DNA of 57,574 nt, filler included, from Sphacelaria rigidula (taxonomy: Eukaryota): the NCBI GenBank assembly GCA_964200075.2. It is 5 parts of 5 records of this genome, joined end to end, with 100 filler letters (N's around TTAATTAATTAA, not from the genome) between each part and the next. Parts side by side here need not be neighbours in the genome. Positions count along the whole stretch, not along the records: positions 11,538 to 22,973 come from CAXNAA020004926.1; positions 23,074 to 34,508 come from CAXNAA020004927.1; 3 more parts are not named here. One strand, written 5' to 3'. The position numbers and the translations under genes are program-made. Shown here piece by piece: positions 13,152 through 25,074 of the stretch. How positions within the stretch are numbered: the stretch's first letter is position 1; every line of letters begins with the position of its first letter. The notes below the pieces were generated by a model, which had not been told where the DNA came from, did not search any database, and saw only the letters and a list, made by a program, of their open reading frames with translations.

Positions 13152-16100
13152 CTTGATGATTCGGAACGTCTTCCCTCCGTGAACAAAAACTTCTCCGAAG
13201 CTTAGCAGCGGCTCAGGTCCGGAAAGATTTAGCCCCAGCGCCTCTCGCTTGAGGACAAGAGGGGAACCTTCCACAACCATCTTTATTGGCATGGAGGCCG
13301 TAGGCGCCCCTGCGTCCGGATGAGGCAAGCGCCGGTAGGGTTGGGGAAACGGCTATGGTTGTGGTTAGGAGTGGGGCTATGAAATACGGGATTGATTGCC
13401 CGAGTACGAGATCAACATAGTGTTGGCCGCAGTGAAGGCGTAAAAACGACAGTAGGTCATGCAAGAGCAACCAATACCAATAATGATTCGTGAGATTTGG
13501 AGTAGAGCGTTGAATGAGAGAGGGGTTTATCGTTCGCCTTAATTTGACCATTACTTCATTCTTTGTGATTTTTTCTTTGCCTGTAGCAGTGGTGTGTGCT
13601 TACAGCTATGCATCGATATCCCATTCAGGGATGTCAAGGGCTTCAGTTGCAAGCTACCACAAAAAGCGTATCGGCCCTCGTGGAAGGGCATTTCGGAACT
13701 GAAACTAATATTTTATTATTTTCATTACTTGACCACTTTTCACTCTTAATTGTATCCTTGGCTTTCGACATTCCGAAAACTTTGTTTGCCCTAGACGGGG
13801 CAGACACATCCTGCCACACCCGCTCATATGTTTTGTGCTACAATGAAAAATCGAACCCTTGACAGCTGGGGCATATTCGCTACTTATCGGTTTCCCTCAT
13901 CATTCACCACGAGCGGTGACGGCACATATCCACCACGCAGTCAATGCAATGATGAAGTAATCTTGTCACCTTTCGTGTTTATTATCGTGTCGAACCTAGT
14001 TATGTCGAGGCGATGTCTGATTAATATGCGATGACGGCGTGGCAGACACTCGCCTGTGAAGATACACTCCAGCTTATCAGAGTAACGTCCTGGGGTGTCG
14101 TTGAATGCCGTGATGCTTATTTCTATCGTGCCCCACGGAGGTAAGATTCCTGTCGCGGGCTCGACAAGAAAGGCCGCGCCCAACCCTGGGAGCCAACAAA
14201 ACATGAAATTGGAACAGCCGTATTGCGAGGCAACGAAGTTAAAAGTCGGCGCAAAGTTCCACACTGGAAGCACGTACCACCACCAGTAGCCATTAGCCAG
14301 ATGCAAATCATACCATGGCTGTCTTGAGTCAGGAGCTTTCATACACCTTTGAAAATGAGGTCATCCGACCACTCTGGTTCCGGTGAGTGAGTGTACATTC
14401 GAATTTGTATTGGTGGTGTAGGTATCAGGGACATGCCGGACTCGGGCAAACTCTGAATCTACCCGCCGCCATGCTGGGCATATTGCGAAAGCAATCGGTA
14501 GTCTTCTGCGTGCTAAAGTGGTGACATTTTCTACAGACGAGTATTTCGCCGTTGGTGTGCTTGATTACTTCCAACTTCCCACGATATGTGTTCAGATGCA
14601 TGGTTGCACATTGGCAAAGTCGCGCAACATGGGGCTCCACGACTACAGGACATACAACAGCGGCGTTTGAAATATTTCGATGACTGGGTGGACCAACGAT
14701 ACTAGGAAAAAACATTTATACCAGGAAATGACCGAGAAGTCGACGGTAATTGGTGTGCCCATGTATGATTCAAGTGTGTAGACGAAAAGAAGCAACCAAA
14801 AAACCATGGATATTGACATCACAAGTCGCGCTTCGCACGCTGAAAGCAATTGCTTTGATAGACACCAGGAGTTGAAATATGTTCGTCGATATTCTGAGCA
14901 CCTATTCAAGTAGTCCTTCTTCGTCAGGATCCGCAGATAGGACCCTAGTGAAAAATTCACGTTGCCACCGTTCGGAGCCGGAAGCATCGGCAGTTTTCGA
15001 TCGTCAGTCGGGCGGAGTTGTCAGTCATTGTGAGTTGACGGCCATGTGGTCTTGGGAAACAATTTGTGTCTTCCATTTGATGTTTCTTCATCATGACACA
15101 ATAGAGAAGACAGTCACAGGTTATTATGCCGTAGGTGACAGGTGTTTGTAGATATCCTCGCAACTTGACGTGCTTTGAGATACTAAGGCTGAAGTATTTC
15201 AAGACCCGTTGCGGTCACGAAGCCGACATAGCAAGCATGGCCCGAAGGCCTCTGCCGAGATCGATTGATAAGAAGACCATTAGGGTATACAGGGTGTGTT
15301 CTCAAGACAAGGCCAACGGAGGGAAACATGAAACTGTAGTCGTTGCTTGCATCCCATTCAGTTCAGTTCAGTTCCCGGCACACTACACCTTCCGCAAGGT
15401 GCTCCCGAATAGACAGCACCTTCTTTGAGGATGAAGCAGTCCTCCCTCTGGTCGATTTGAGCTTCTGTCCTTGCACGACCGTCTGAAGAAAAAAACACCT
15501 GTTGTCAGGCGTATGTGTGTGCCTGTTGGTAACTCATGACTATTCTCATGGCGCAACCGCAAACGTTAAACGTTTCCCGTATTATCTTGGCTATTCTTGT
15601 CATCTCGTAACGCAGCAAGGTGATAAAGTCTATTGACGACCACTATGTATACACCGGTGGCAGCGATACCACTTTCTACCCTGGCAACAATTCTGCCCTC
15701 GTGGTCCCCCAGACGTGCCTCTGAACATTCTTGTCATTTGATTTGCTCTCATATCAGCCCGAATTTAGTACAGCATGGAGCACGAAAGGATGATCTTGCC
15801 AGAGTAGACGTCTCACAAAACAACCTACCGCGTCTCCGCATTGTGTCGCACGAGTCTAGTAGCGCTGCTGCAAAATGAAAACAGGCAGCGTGGCGACCCG
15901 CACTCACCTTAGTTGCCTCGTGTTCCGCTCCCAAGACCACTTTGCCCTCAAGATTTTCCGTGGAAGTGAATCTCGAATTGTTTTTGGAACTGGGCACAGA
16001 ACTATCCCCGTGAGTCTGTCCGGCTCCACCCGCTGTTTCCCTCTTTGTGGGACCTCCACGACCAGGCTCTGGTGTCAGGCACAACGTGGCAACGGCGGAA

Positions 16101-19100
16101 AACTCGCATAATGTAGTTTAGTATGAGAAGTGTAACCCTTGATATGTGTAATCGTTGGTTCTGGAGAACCGAAGTTTCGTGTCTACGAAAAAGGGCCGCA
16201 AGAGTGTTTCTAGATGTGGCTGTGACAGCACATATGTCGAATATCATGTCTTTGCGGTTTTCGCGGTTTGTTTAAACGAAGCCCGCCGTGTGTCGTGTCA
16301 TAACCTCCTCCAAGCTCGGTTGCTACATGGTTCCTCTGCGACGCAAATCGGGCTCGCGCGATAATCTACCCACCGCGAACGTTGCTACCACACTAATACA
16401 GCGTGCTAATCTTGACGACGGAAGTTGAAGGAATTGAATATTTTCGCTCTTCACACACGGAGCGTCGAATTACTTCAGTCCTCAGGTTACTACCGCTGCG
16501 ATCCTGTCCAACTACATTGCGGCCATGAAGAGGACGGGTGTCAGAGCTACTAGTTCTACTTCAGCGTAGTAGGTCAGCTTTCACAACTGCAGTAATACGA
16601 AATGCATGTCCACATGTGCCATACCGACACGTGTGAGCTTGGTTCTGCATCTGATTCGATATCACGTATGGTCCCATCGATGTGAAGGTATGCATCCCCA
16701 CAGTGTGCTCCAAAGGCGGACAATAGTCGGGGACATGGCAGTAAACATGGATATCCCCCCAGGTTCACCATCGAAGGAGCTATCCATTTTCAGACGTTCC
16801 CCACTTTTTTGGGAGAAAAACTTTTCCCCCGAAAATGTGTCAGCAAATATCTCAACCAGGTCAAAAATAGAATACTTTACGAAGGACTACGTATTACTCG
16901 AAAAACCTAGCATTGGCGTTGTCGTTCAACACCTTTTTTAAATAGAAAAGTCGGAACATTTCCGAAATAGCCACAAGATTCTGAGGGAAAAGTCCCGTCA
17001 AAAACGACCCTAAAGAACCCGCTGTCAGGATTAAAGATGCTAACCTCCGTTCCTCGTTGTAGCCATCGTCGTGGGAGGTGGTGGTGGTGTTCTGTGCTGC
17101 ACCGAGTCCACCACTGGCCGAGTGTCCGGGAAACTGCTTCCAACAGCAGCAGCCGTCCCGCGTGGCGGATCATGACCCAATTTGGGTACTGTGGACTGAG
17201 TGGCTGTTGATGATGAGACAGGGTCGGTGTATGCCTCGAGAGCGCGGGGGTTTGCGACGATTCTCTGTAAGGCCGAGTAGCTCATGTTGGATACCTTCAG
17301 GCGCTGAGGGCACGGCGTGCACGTATGCTGTCGAACCTACCGAATAATAGGACCGGGAAGGGAATAAGGGGCGGAGCGAGCCTGGTCGAGGCCGCACTTG
17401 AAAAGCCAGACGAAATGTGAATCGGACGTGACAGTTAAAGTAGCCCACGCTTCAAAGGGAATGGAAAGAGAGCAGCTGGCTTCAGTCAATCTACTGCCCT
17501 GGCGTAGTTCTATGCATGAAGGAAGGGTAGAGTAAGTATAAGGCGAGGTACCGCGAGAAGTTATCGCAGTCTGGCTTGGAGTCTTAATATGTTATGCGGG
17601 CAATCGTGACCTTGCCACCTTGCGCTGCTCAAAGCGAAAAACATCTGCGGAGGACAAAGGAACGTACAACCCGGCTTCGTCGGGCCTTGGCATACTACAT
17701 GTGAACCCTTCAGTTGCCACGGCATACATAATCGTGTGTGCGGCATACAGGTATATGCCTGTTATTATTTTGTCGAGACTGAACCAATTCCACGGGCACA
17801 TAGCTCACCGGCCGACGTAGAACGACCAACAAACAGCGTCAACGGATGGAGTATGGCGAAAAAAGAGGCGTCCGCCCCGAATATGCAACTGCTGTGTATC
17901 GTGTATATACTCACAGTTAGGTGTACATTTGTAGTCAGCCACGTAGGTTTCTGCGGTGAATCGTTTGATTCCAGTACTGGAAAAGTAGTGCTTACCACCG
18001 GCCACTTCCAAGGCCTCCGTCGTGGCCGGTGAATATATACATATTGATCCTCGTGCCCACATAGATTCGCATATTTTTGGCCCAACCGAAAACAACATGT
18101 GTACCAAACGACGGGAGCGGCTAGCAAGCACGCGAAAAAAGTAGCTGACACATCGATGCCTGCGTCTGGTACACCCTCTGCCCCGAGCACCCCATGGTGG
18201 CAGCGTACGCAGCAGGTGGTGCGATGTCCGCTTCTGTGACGATTCCCAGTGACTACCCTCGGCGCACGCAAATATATGGTTTTTTCCGTACGATATTCTG
18301 TGATTTCAAAGAAGACAAAAACGGCGGGTCCCCTGATGGATATTGGCCGTAAAGAGTAGCCATCGACGAGAGGCATACTCTGGCTTTCCAAACTGATCAT
18401 CCGGGCCTGTTTATGATAGAAACGATAGACATTGTTGCCACAAATCACACGGTTCTTGCCGTAACCTGCGTGACAACATCAACACTCGCCGTCGCTGCTG
18501 CACAGGCATACACCTTACTGGCAGCTAAGTCAAGTTACATGACAAGGTGGCGAAGACTCTCTTCTGCTCGTGCAGACATCCTACCGCCAGAGTCATCCTA
18601 CGATAGGGGGAGGAGGGGGGGTATTCGAATGCACGAAAAAAGAGGCTCACAGGTGTGTCGGACGACCTGCCACACTCGCGGTGCGCTGGTATTTGGTTAA
18701 AAACGGCGTCAAGCAGTATAAATGGGCGTTATTCATTCATAACAAGCTCGTTCGACGACAGTTACTGCTTTCAACAACAATTTGACTTAGAATTTCGTGC
18801 AAAAAGTGACCCAAAATCACCCCCCCCTATTGTAGGATGACTCGCCAGGTCTCAGGACAGCCAGTTGGACTACTACTGCTCTAACTGCACTATTCTGTGC
18901 AACTACAACAGTATGGGGCTACACGTTTGTGACCCGAACATGTTGCATGTTACACAACGAGCGTCAGGCCAAAAATGTCGCTTCCTGGTGACTTCCCATG
19001 ACGTGTCTGTGTACCAGCGAACGAATGCCTCTCGAATAGGAGCCTTGGTTGTCAGCAGGCCGTGGTAGCCAAAGGGTTACCGGAATTGCCCCTCGAACGG

Positions 19101-21565
19101 AGGATTGCGGGGCAGTGAAAACTATAATCTACAATTTTCTCACAAAAACAAAACGCTGAGACTCACTGTCATCAAGAATGGACAACACAGTATTCGAAAC
19201 AACACATATTCAACGGCATATCACCTTCGCTGTGAAGGGTGTTGATATGGCAGAGAGATTCCTGACAAAAAGCCGAAGCTGCCTGCGTCCCCTCAGATCA
19301 ATCCTCCCGAACTTTCGGCGCGCCGTCGTTACCAAGAGGAGGAAAAATTGGGCACCATAAACTGACGCGATTAGTTCTCGCTGTAACCGGTAGGGTTACT
19401 TCTGCGTTGTCGACGTTGCGGTTCTCAGCTCTTTCCCTTGGTTTAATGTAAGAGTCCAACAACGGCTACTTTCGTAATAATAGGTCAGCTTCACGTCATC
19501 TCCCACGGGACAAGCAAGATGCCAACGCCGGCGGCGCCAGTGGGATTTTGACGTCCTTGAACTTCACAAAGAAACCCAGTTTCGACGTACGTACGAATCT
19601 CGACAATACATGTCGCATGTTGGTGTAAACAAGAACATCCGACACAATGACCACGCCGGATCACCGGATCCCTCCGACACATGGATCAGAAGCTTATTCT
19701 TCCGTACAGGACAGGAATTCCCCGAAGTAATTTCCAACAAGAGGGCGTTGTACAACGTACCGCCACCTTCAGGGTGTGATCCTTCGGCTTCATCAAAATG
19801 GACACGAAAATGATGCGTGAGGGGAGCCGACTATCTCCACTGCGACACAGTGATTTCCTAATCTCGACCCACTCTCAGGGGAAATTCACGGTATGTCACC
19901 ACTGCGGGAAGGCGCCGACTTGAGTGCGATCCTCTTGGCTCTGTGGCCCACTTAACTATGGATGAAATCGCTGAGCACAACATCAACCCGCAGTGCCATT
20001 TCTGCGCCACTCCACTTGACCGGCTTACTGAGTGTCATAATTGAAGAGCTATATGCGGATGTCACTATCCCATGCTTGAGAGACACATCCATTCTAAGCC
20101 GGACTCACGTCAAGAAGCGGCGCTGGAATGGGGTTGGGAAGTGGTTCCTCGCCTAGGTATTGCGGGAGATTTGGTCTTTGAATAGGACGTGGACGTTTCT
20201 CTCCTTCTTCCAGTAGGCCAAAGCTGAGTGTTGGCCCCTGGTCGTCGATGCCGGTCAAAACCAACACAGGGTGACTCAGAGAGACAGGAGGGAATGATGT
20301 CCGGAAAACGGGTTAGCAAAGTCAAGCGAAGAAAGTACAAACTGAAATTCGCATTCCATTACTTGCCCTTGGATAGGACCGTATCCTCTTCATGAGAGAC
20401 ATGCTTCGAATTCAGTCACGTGTGTGGGATCTTGATAACAACCCCTTGATCTCCGTCGCACTACAGCTTGGTTCATGCACACGCTGTTCATGCTTACCGA
20501 GTAGCTGAGTTTCAGCGTCATTACATTCTCGATGAACGCTGTTGCCGTACCCATGCATCGAATTGGTCCGACGTACGTCGTATGCCGAAACTAACGGAGC
20601 CAGAAATGAATCTGCTTGTATCTCTACCAAAGTTGACATCCAAACTCATCAAAGGTGAATATCTAGATTGGCATAGCTTTCAGAACAACATACACACCCT
20701 ATTCATGGCCTTGAACGTAAATCCTAGCGGAGACGCCATCCCGAACACGCGACAAGCATAAACCTCCTCCACCGGACCGGCAAACCGAGCTGTGTAGCGA
20801 ATCGAAACATCTTTGGACTGCACGAAATGGAACGGTGAGAAACATAGAGAACAACATCTCCGTTATTCCGTCGGTGTCGGACCACGCGGCGAGCTGTCTA
20901 TATTTGAGCGTTCGAAATAGCCGGTTACAACATTTTGAGAACTGCGCACCAATCTGTCTAGTGCAGGCAGGCGGAATATCCCTCAGAATATGTCCGCATA
21001 ATGGGGGGGGGGGGGTGCCGTTACCGGGAAAAAGTCAAGATCGGTTTGCCTTTCCCGGGAAAAAGTTAGGATAACACTTGGATAGTGTTTGGTATGCATG
21101 TTCCGATATGACTGAGCTTCTCACAGAGCTTCTCACAGAGCTTCTCACAGAGCTTGGCAGCTGTGACCGGCTGTGCAGCACGAGAAACCAGGTCTCTGTG
21201 CAGTGACCATCTGCGCTCGAACAGATTGAAGGCATTCATTTTCTTCGGTTCGATAGTCCTAGACTGTACAGCATCACCAAGCGACAACTCGCGCGATGTT
21301 CACACCCATTCTACAAAAACGGGGGGAATGTAACAGGACAAAGTCCCAGCCAAGCAGGCGTAGGCGTTCAAACCGTATTGAGCTACGAGAGTAGCTTTTA
21401 CAACACCTGCATAGTGGTTGCATTTACAGGAGCGCACGCGACGAAAACTGCTCAACCCAGCAAACGTCTTCGATACGTTTTCGCACCTGCCGGCCCGTCA
21501 GTGTACCCTTCTCGGGGGAAACCTCCAGGTCGAAGGCCGCCGCGCGTCCTCCCGGTCGTTCCCAC
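13152..21565 (-). CDS. DLEC1: DLEC1/CFAP81-like flagellar central-apparatus protein (ASH-type Ig domains), internal fragment. Exons: 21565-21487, 20817-20698, 20237-20109, 19311-19225, 17294-17045, 16068-15908, 15498-15420, 14185-14054, 13309-13152
   Basis: All nine exons join in phase. Translation: WERPGGRAAAFDLEVSPEKGTLTGRQ / SKDVSIRYTARFAGPVEEVYACRVFGMASPLGFTFKAMNR / GPTLSFGLLEE...PIPAPLLD / FGRIDLRGRRQLRLFVRNLSAISTPFTAK / low-complexity insert ...VVLGAEHEATK / VFFSSDGRARTEAQIDQREDCFILKE / GLGAAFLVEPATGILPPWGTIEISITAFNDTPGRYSDKLECIFT / GAPTASMPIKMVVEGSPL...PLLSFGEV...RIIK. The motif order matches the C-terminal half of DLEC1 as I recall it (LDFG, GxGAAF, N.PG.Y.D.L.C, V.G.P, FG). Confidence 0.82.
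13503..13790 (+). repeat. Dispersed repeat (copy 1), in a DLEC1 intron
   Basis: Homologous to 42725-42995, sharing GTGTGCT.ACAGCTA, GGGCTTCAGT.GC.AGCTAC and GCATTTCGGAACTGAAACTA. Confidence 0.7.
18591..18842. mobile_element. MITE, 252 bp, AGT...ACT termini, 6-bp TSD CGCCAG
   Basis: CGCCAG|AGTCATCCTACGATAGGGGG ... CCCCCTATTGTAGGATGACT|CGCCAG. Confidence 0.9.
21114..21155. repeat. 12-bp tandem repeat (GAGCTTCTCACA) x3.5, intronic
   Basis: Read directly from the sequence. Confidence 0.9.
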
Positions 21566-21954
21566 CTGAACCGCGCCTATGGCAATGGCAGACGCGAACG
21601 TAGAACAGCCGTTTTTACGGAAATGCCTCGGGGGATCGAGAGGTAGCCTAGCAAGATTCGTCGACGATTACCAAATGACGTCCATTATGGACAAGTGCGG
21701 TGTAACCTTACCAATGTCAACCATGTTTGTCTGGAGTGGAATGCACCGAGGCAGGTACAGGTCAATGTTTGCTGTCTTGCTAACGAGAGAAGGGTTTACA
21801 GAAGACCTAGTCACGGTGACTCACAAGCATGTACCCTTGGCTGTAGTCGCCGAAGAGGTATTTTTCCCAGCAACGGCCTTATTTGTGCTGTCATATGCAT
21901 GCTACCCGCGCCACGAGCACAGTCTACGGACGAGCTGACGTACACTTCTTCGTC

Positions 21955-22260
21955 AATTGATTGATTGAATGATTGATTGATCATTGCAGAATATCTGATC
22001 CCCAAGGGATCCAGCCCTTGTCACAGGATAGACGTGCCCGACACGCACTCACGGAAGAAGGGAAAGGGGAAAAGGAGGGGAAAGAAGAGTAAAAACAAAA
22101 CCCAGAGCAGGTCAAGGAAACGAAGGGAAAGGATAACAGGAAAATAAGTGGAAAAGGGAAAATCCGTATCGATGGAACATGATTTGAACAAACAAGACTG
22201 GCCAGCCCCCGCAGCATAGCCCCAGCACAACCAGGTAGAGCACAAAAACACACCTATGTA
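21955..22260 (-). mobile_element. Retroposon (SINE or LINE 3' end) with (TCAA)n tail
   Basis: ATTGATTGATTG tail followed by CCCAAGGGATCCAGCC..GTCACAGGATAGA. Related copies at 24200-24420, 25560-25785 (opposite orientation) and 25981-26040. Confidence 0.6.
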
Positions 22261-22552
22261 AAAAATAAAAAGAGAAGGCCGCGGGATCAGATTCCGGCTA
22301 TTGTAGGCTATTCCGGAACCACACTATTTGGGCATTACCTTTCATACACGAGCCTTGTGGAAGCAAGGGACAAGTACTGCCACTGTATGACACTGGAATT
22401 TGGGAAGGAAAAGAGAGAGCCTGAGAGTGAGAGAGGGATAGAAAGGGAGAGACCGAAGAAGAAAAATACGGCACTCACGTATACCGTTTTACGTGGTGTC
22501 TTCTGACTTATCGCCACCGCCTGTAAAATTAGGATGCTCGCATCCACCGCAG

Positions 22553-22803
22553 AGCCATGCTACGATGGGGGGGGGGTATTTTGGGCCGTTTCCTCCCACG
22601 AAATTCTACTTTAAATTGTCGTTGATAGTAGCGACGGTTATTCGAATGCGCTTGCTCCTGATAAGTAAAGCTCATTCATACTGCTTGACACCGCTTTTAC
22701 CCAAATACAAGCCCACCGCGAGTGTATTAAGTCGTCTGAAGCATATATGAGCCCATTTTTCCGCGGGACCAAGCACCCCCCCCACACCCTACGTAATGAG
22801 GGC
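22553..22803. mobile_element. Degraded, reverse-oriented copy of the AGTCATCCTACGATAGGG MITE
   Basis: Starts AGCCATGCTACGATGGGGG. The internal AAATACAAGCCCACCGCGAGTGT is the near reverse complement of the core of the 12306 and 18591 copies. Confidence 0.65.
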
Positions 22804-22973
22804 CAGAATGTTGGAGATGTCTCTAGTAGGAGTAGGAATAGTGCTCCGTCTCGAGAAGGATGCGTGGTCAATGGTCACACGACTAAGGCAAGCAACGAAT
22901 GGGTAGGGCCCTCCCCCCCCGCACAGGGCCCCCGACCCCGTACATGCTCTGCCCCCCCCGCAACAGCGCCCCG

Positions 22974-23073
22974 NNNNNNNNNNNNNNNNNNNNNNNNNNN
23001 NNNNNNNNNNNNNNNNNTTAATTAATTAANNNNNNNNNNNNNNNNNNNNNNNNNNNNNNNNNNNNNNNNNNNN
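22974..23073. other. Artificial scaffold spacer N44-TTAATTAATTAA-N44
   Basis: Identical 100-nt linker. Confidence 0.98.
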
Positions 23074-24199
23074 TGCTGAAAATCCGCGTATGTAACCGCA
23101 GGGTTATGACAAAGACCGAAAGTTCTGATCTATTTTCAGGTGCAGGGTGCGCATTAGGTTGTGTACATCCAATGTAGCAAGCAGTATGGGTCGTGGTCAA
23201 GAGCTTCCAACAGGATGCGACGACCGGCGGGCCGTCCGCCACTTGTGGCCTTAGATGATACTATTGTCCCCATCACCTTGTCACACAGCCCTTTGTGGTC
23301 GGGGTGGGCCGTCATTTCCCACCTTGTTGCATGCGGCAAATTCTCTTCCAACGGTATCAGCGTTGCGGCGCGCATGCATACAACAGTATAGTACAGTACA
23401 GTCTAGTATGCCTCTCCGACTAAAGCNNNNNNNNNNCCGCTGCATACTCCCTTGCACGTTCTTGGCAATTCTCAGCTACCGAAATCAGCTGCCTATATAC
23501 AGCTTTGTCATCCCCGTCCACAACATACATGTGGACTGCACACTGCAAGTCACCCGCAGAGGGATAGGCAGAATCCATGACGGTAGCTCCTTTTGTCTTC
23601 CCACAGCCCACCTGGATTTTGTGCCTCGTGAAAATGGCCACATGATGGCATGTACACTCCTTCCCGGCTTTTTCCGGACCACCCTGTGTTAGTGTAAATT
23701 ACTACGTTCTAGTATGGAATTGGGACCCAAAAAACACTCCGGAAAAACTCGGGAACGGTATACTGAGTGCAGGTAAAACCATAAAACCAAGCCGCGACCA
23801 TCCTGCGCTCGGAAACCTGGAGAGGCTTATCTGGGCCAGGGATAGGGCCCCCACACGATCTTTACGGTGGCACCACACTCAACAACAATCCCTGTGTTGG
23901 TCGTTCGGGTCTGGTCGATAATTTTCGCCTCGCCGTGGTTGGACAGGTCGCTCCAAGACTTATTTTTCATTATTTCACGAACACAGGGTCAACCCTGTGT
24001 TAGTGGGGGTCCGGTCCCAAAAGAGTTAAACTGTAGTTTCCAGTCCCACCAGGAAAAAGACACAAGCGCGAAACTCAACTTTCCGCTCGGTGCATTGTAC
24101 TACAAGAAAATAACCTCTTATCCGTCATATCGTTGACCGTATTTTCGTCAACTGAACGGGGTTGTTCTGTATGTATGTATACTCCCGCCCCCTCTACAA

Positions 24200-24420
24200 C
24201 TGATTGATTGATTGATTTTGATCGATTGTCGCACTTCAACCGACCCCCCCAGGGATCCAGCCGTGGTCACAGGATAGACCCACCCGAGACAAAACAAAAC
24301 TCAACCACTCGCTGAAGAAAAAGGAGGAAGAACAGAAAAGGCTAAAACAACGAAAACAATCCCTCGAAATTCAGAACATTCAAAACAACAGAACCAACCA
24401 ACCAACCAACCAATCAAGCG
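24200..24420 (-). mobile_element. Retroposon copy with (TCAA)n tail
   Basis: TGATTGATTGATTG...CAACCGACCCCCCCAGGGATCCAGCCGTGGTCACAGGATAGAC, same family as 21955. Confidence 0.6.
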
Positions 24421-24612
24421 AACGTGCACGTGACTCAAATGAATGCATTGATTCTTTGCTAAATTTTACGAAGCCACGGCCGAACTGAAATGGAACAATC
24501 ACGCCATGAAGGGCACCCATGCGGGACGCAATCCGCGCGCAAATCCTTCTGCAGAAGGCGTGCATTTTTCTTGTATCTCTATCCCTACCTCCCTCTCCTC
24601 CCCCTCCCCACA

Positions 24613-24616
<4 letters not shown>

Positions 24617-24654
<38 letters not shown>
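24617..24654. repeat. (CA)n microsatellite
   Basis: Read directly from the sequence. Confidence 0.95.
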
Positions 24655-24655
<1 letters not shown>

Positions 24656-24942
24656 GGGCGTATACGGTGTGGAAAGCACGTCCCTGATATGCCTGAAGTT
24701 GCGCAACTGTTGTACCCATAGAAAATCTCCACGAAGGGTCATCTCCTGAAGCCAGATAGCCTGCGAGATGATCTGTTATTCCCCTCGAGAGGCGTCACTG
24801 TCTCTTGCGGCAACTCTATTTTCCTCCGCATTTTTCGGCACACTATATCGGCTAAAATCGGGGCTCGACAGTCAAAAGAACGAATGGAAACAGCTCTCAG
24901 AGCAGCCCGTCTTCGGGGTGGACCGCAGTGTTCTGCACTCAC

Positions 24943-25074
24943 CACATTTGCCCCAACGGCGGGCTCGGTATGAATCAGACCCCACTCGTACATGCGTCCG
25001 GAGGAAGTCACCGCGAGCGAGTGAAATGCGCCGCATGCCACTGAGACAACCGTTTCATTGGATAAGGCTTCCAC
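24943..25074 (-). CDS. RCC1-repeat protein, exon
   Basis: ACTCAG|GTG...GTG|GTGAGT, 132 nt, phase 0/0. VEALSNETVVSVACGAFHSLAVTSSGRMYEWG completes the RCC1 blade begun in exon 31031-30870. Confidence 0.88.

Noticed and set aside
22747-23242. ORFs running through N runs
   Set aside because: Artefacts of translating the assembly spacer.
21487-25074. Joining the RCC1 exons to the exons below 21565 as one gene
   Set aside because: An artificial scaffold linker lies between them, and exon 21565-21487 reads as DLEC1-like in a different phase.
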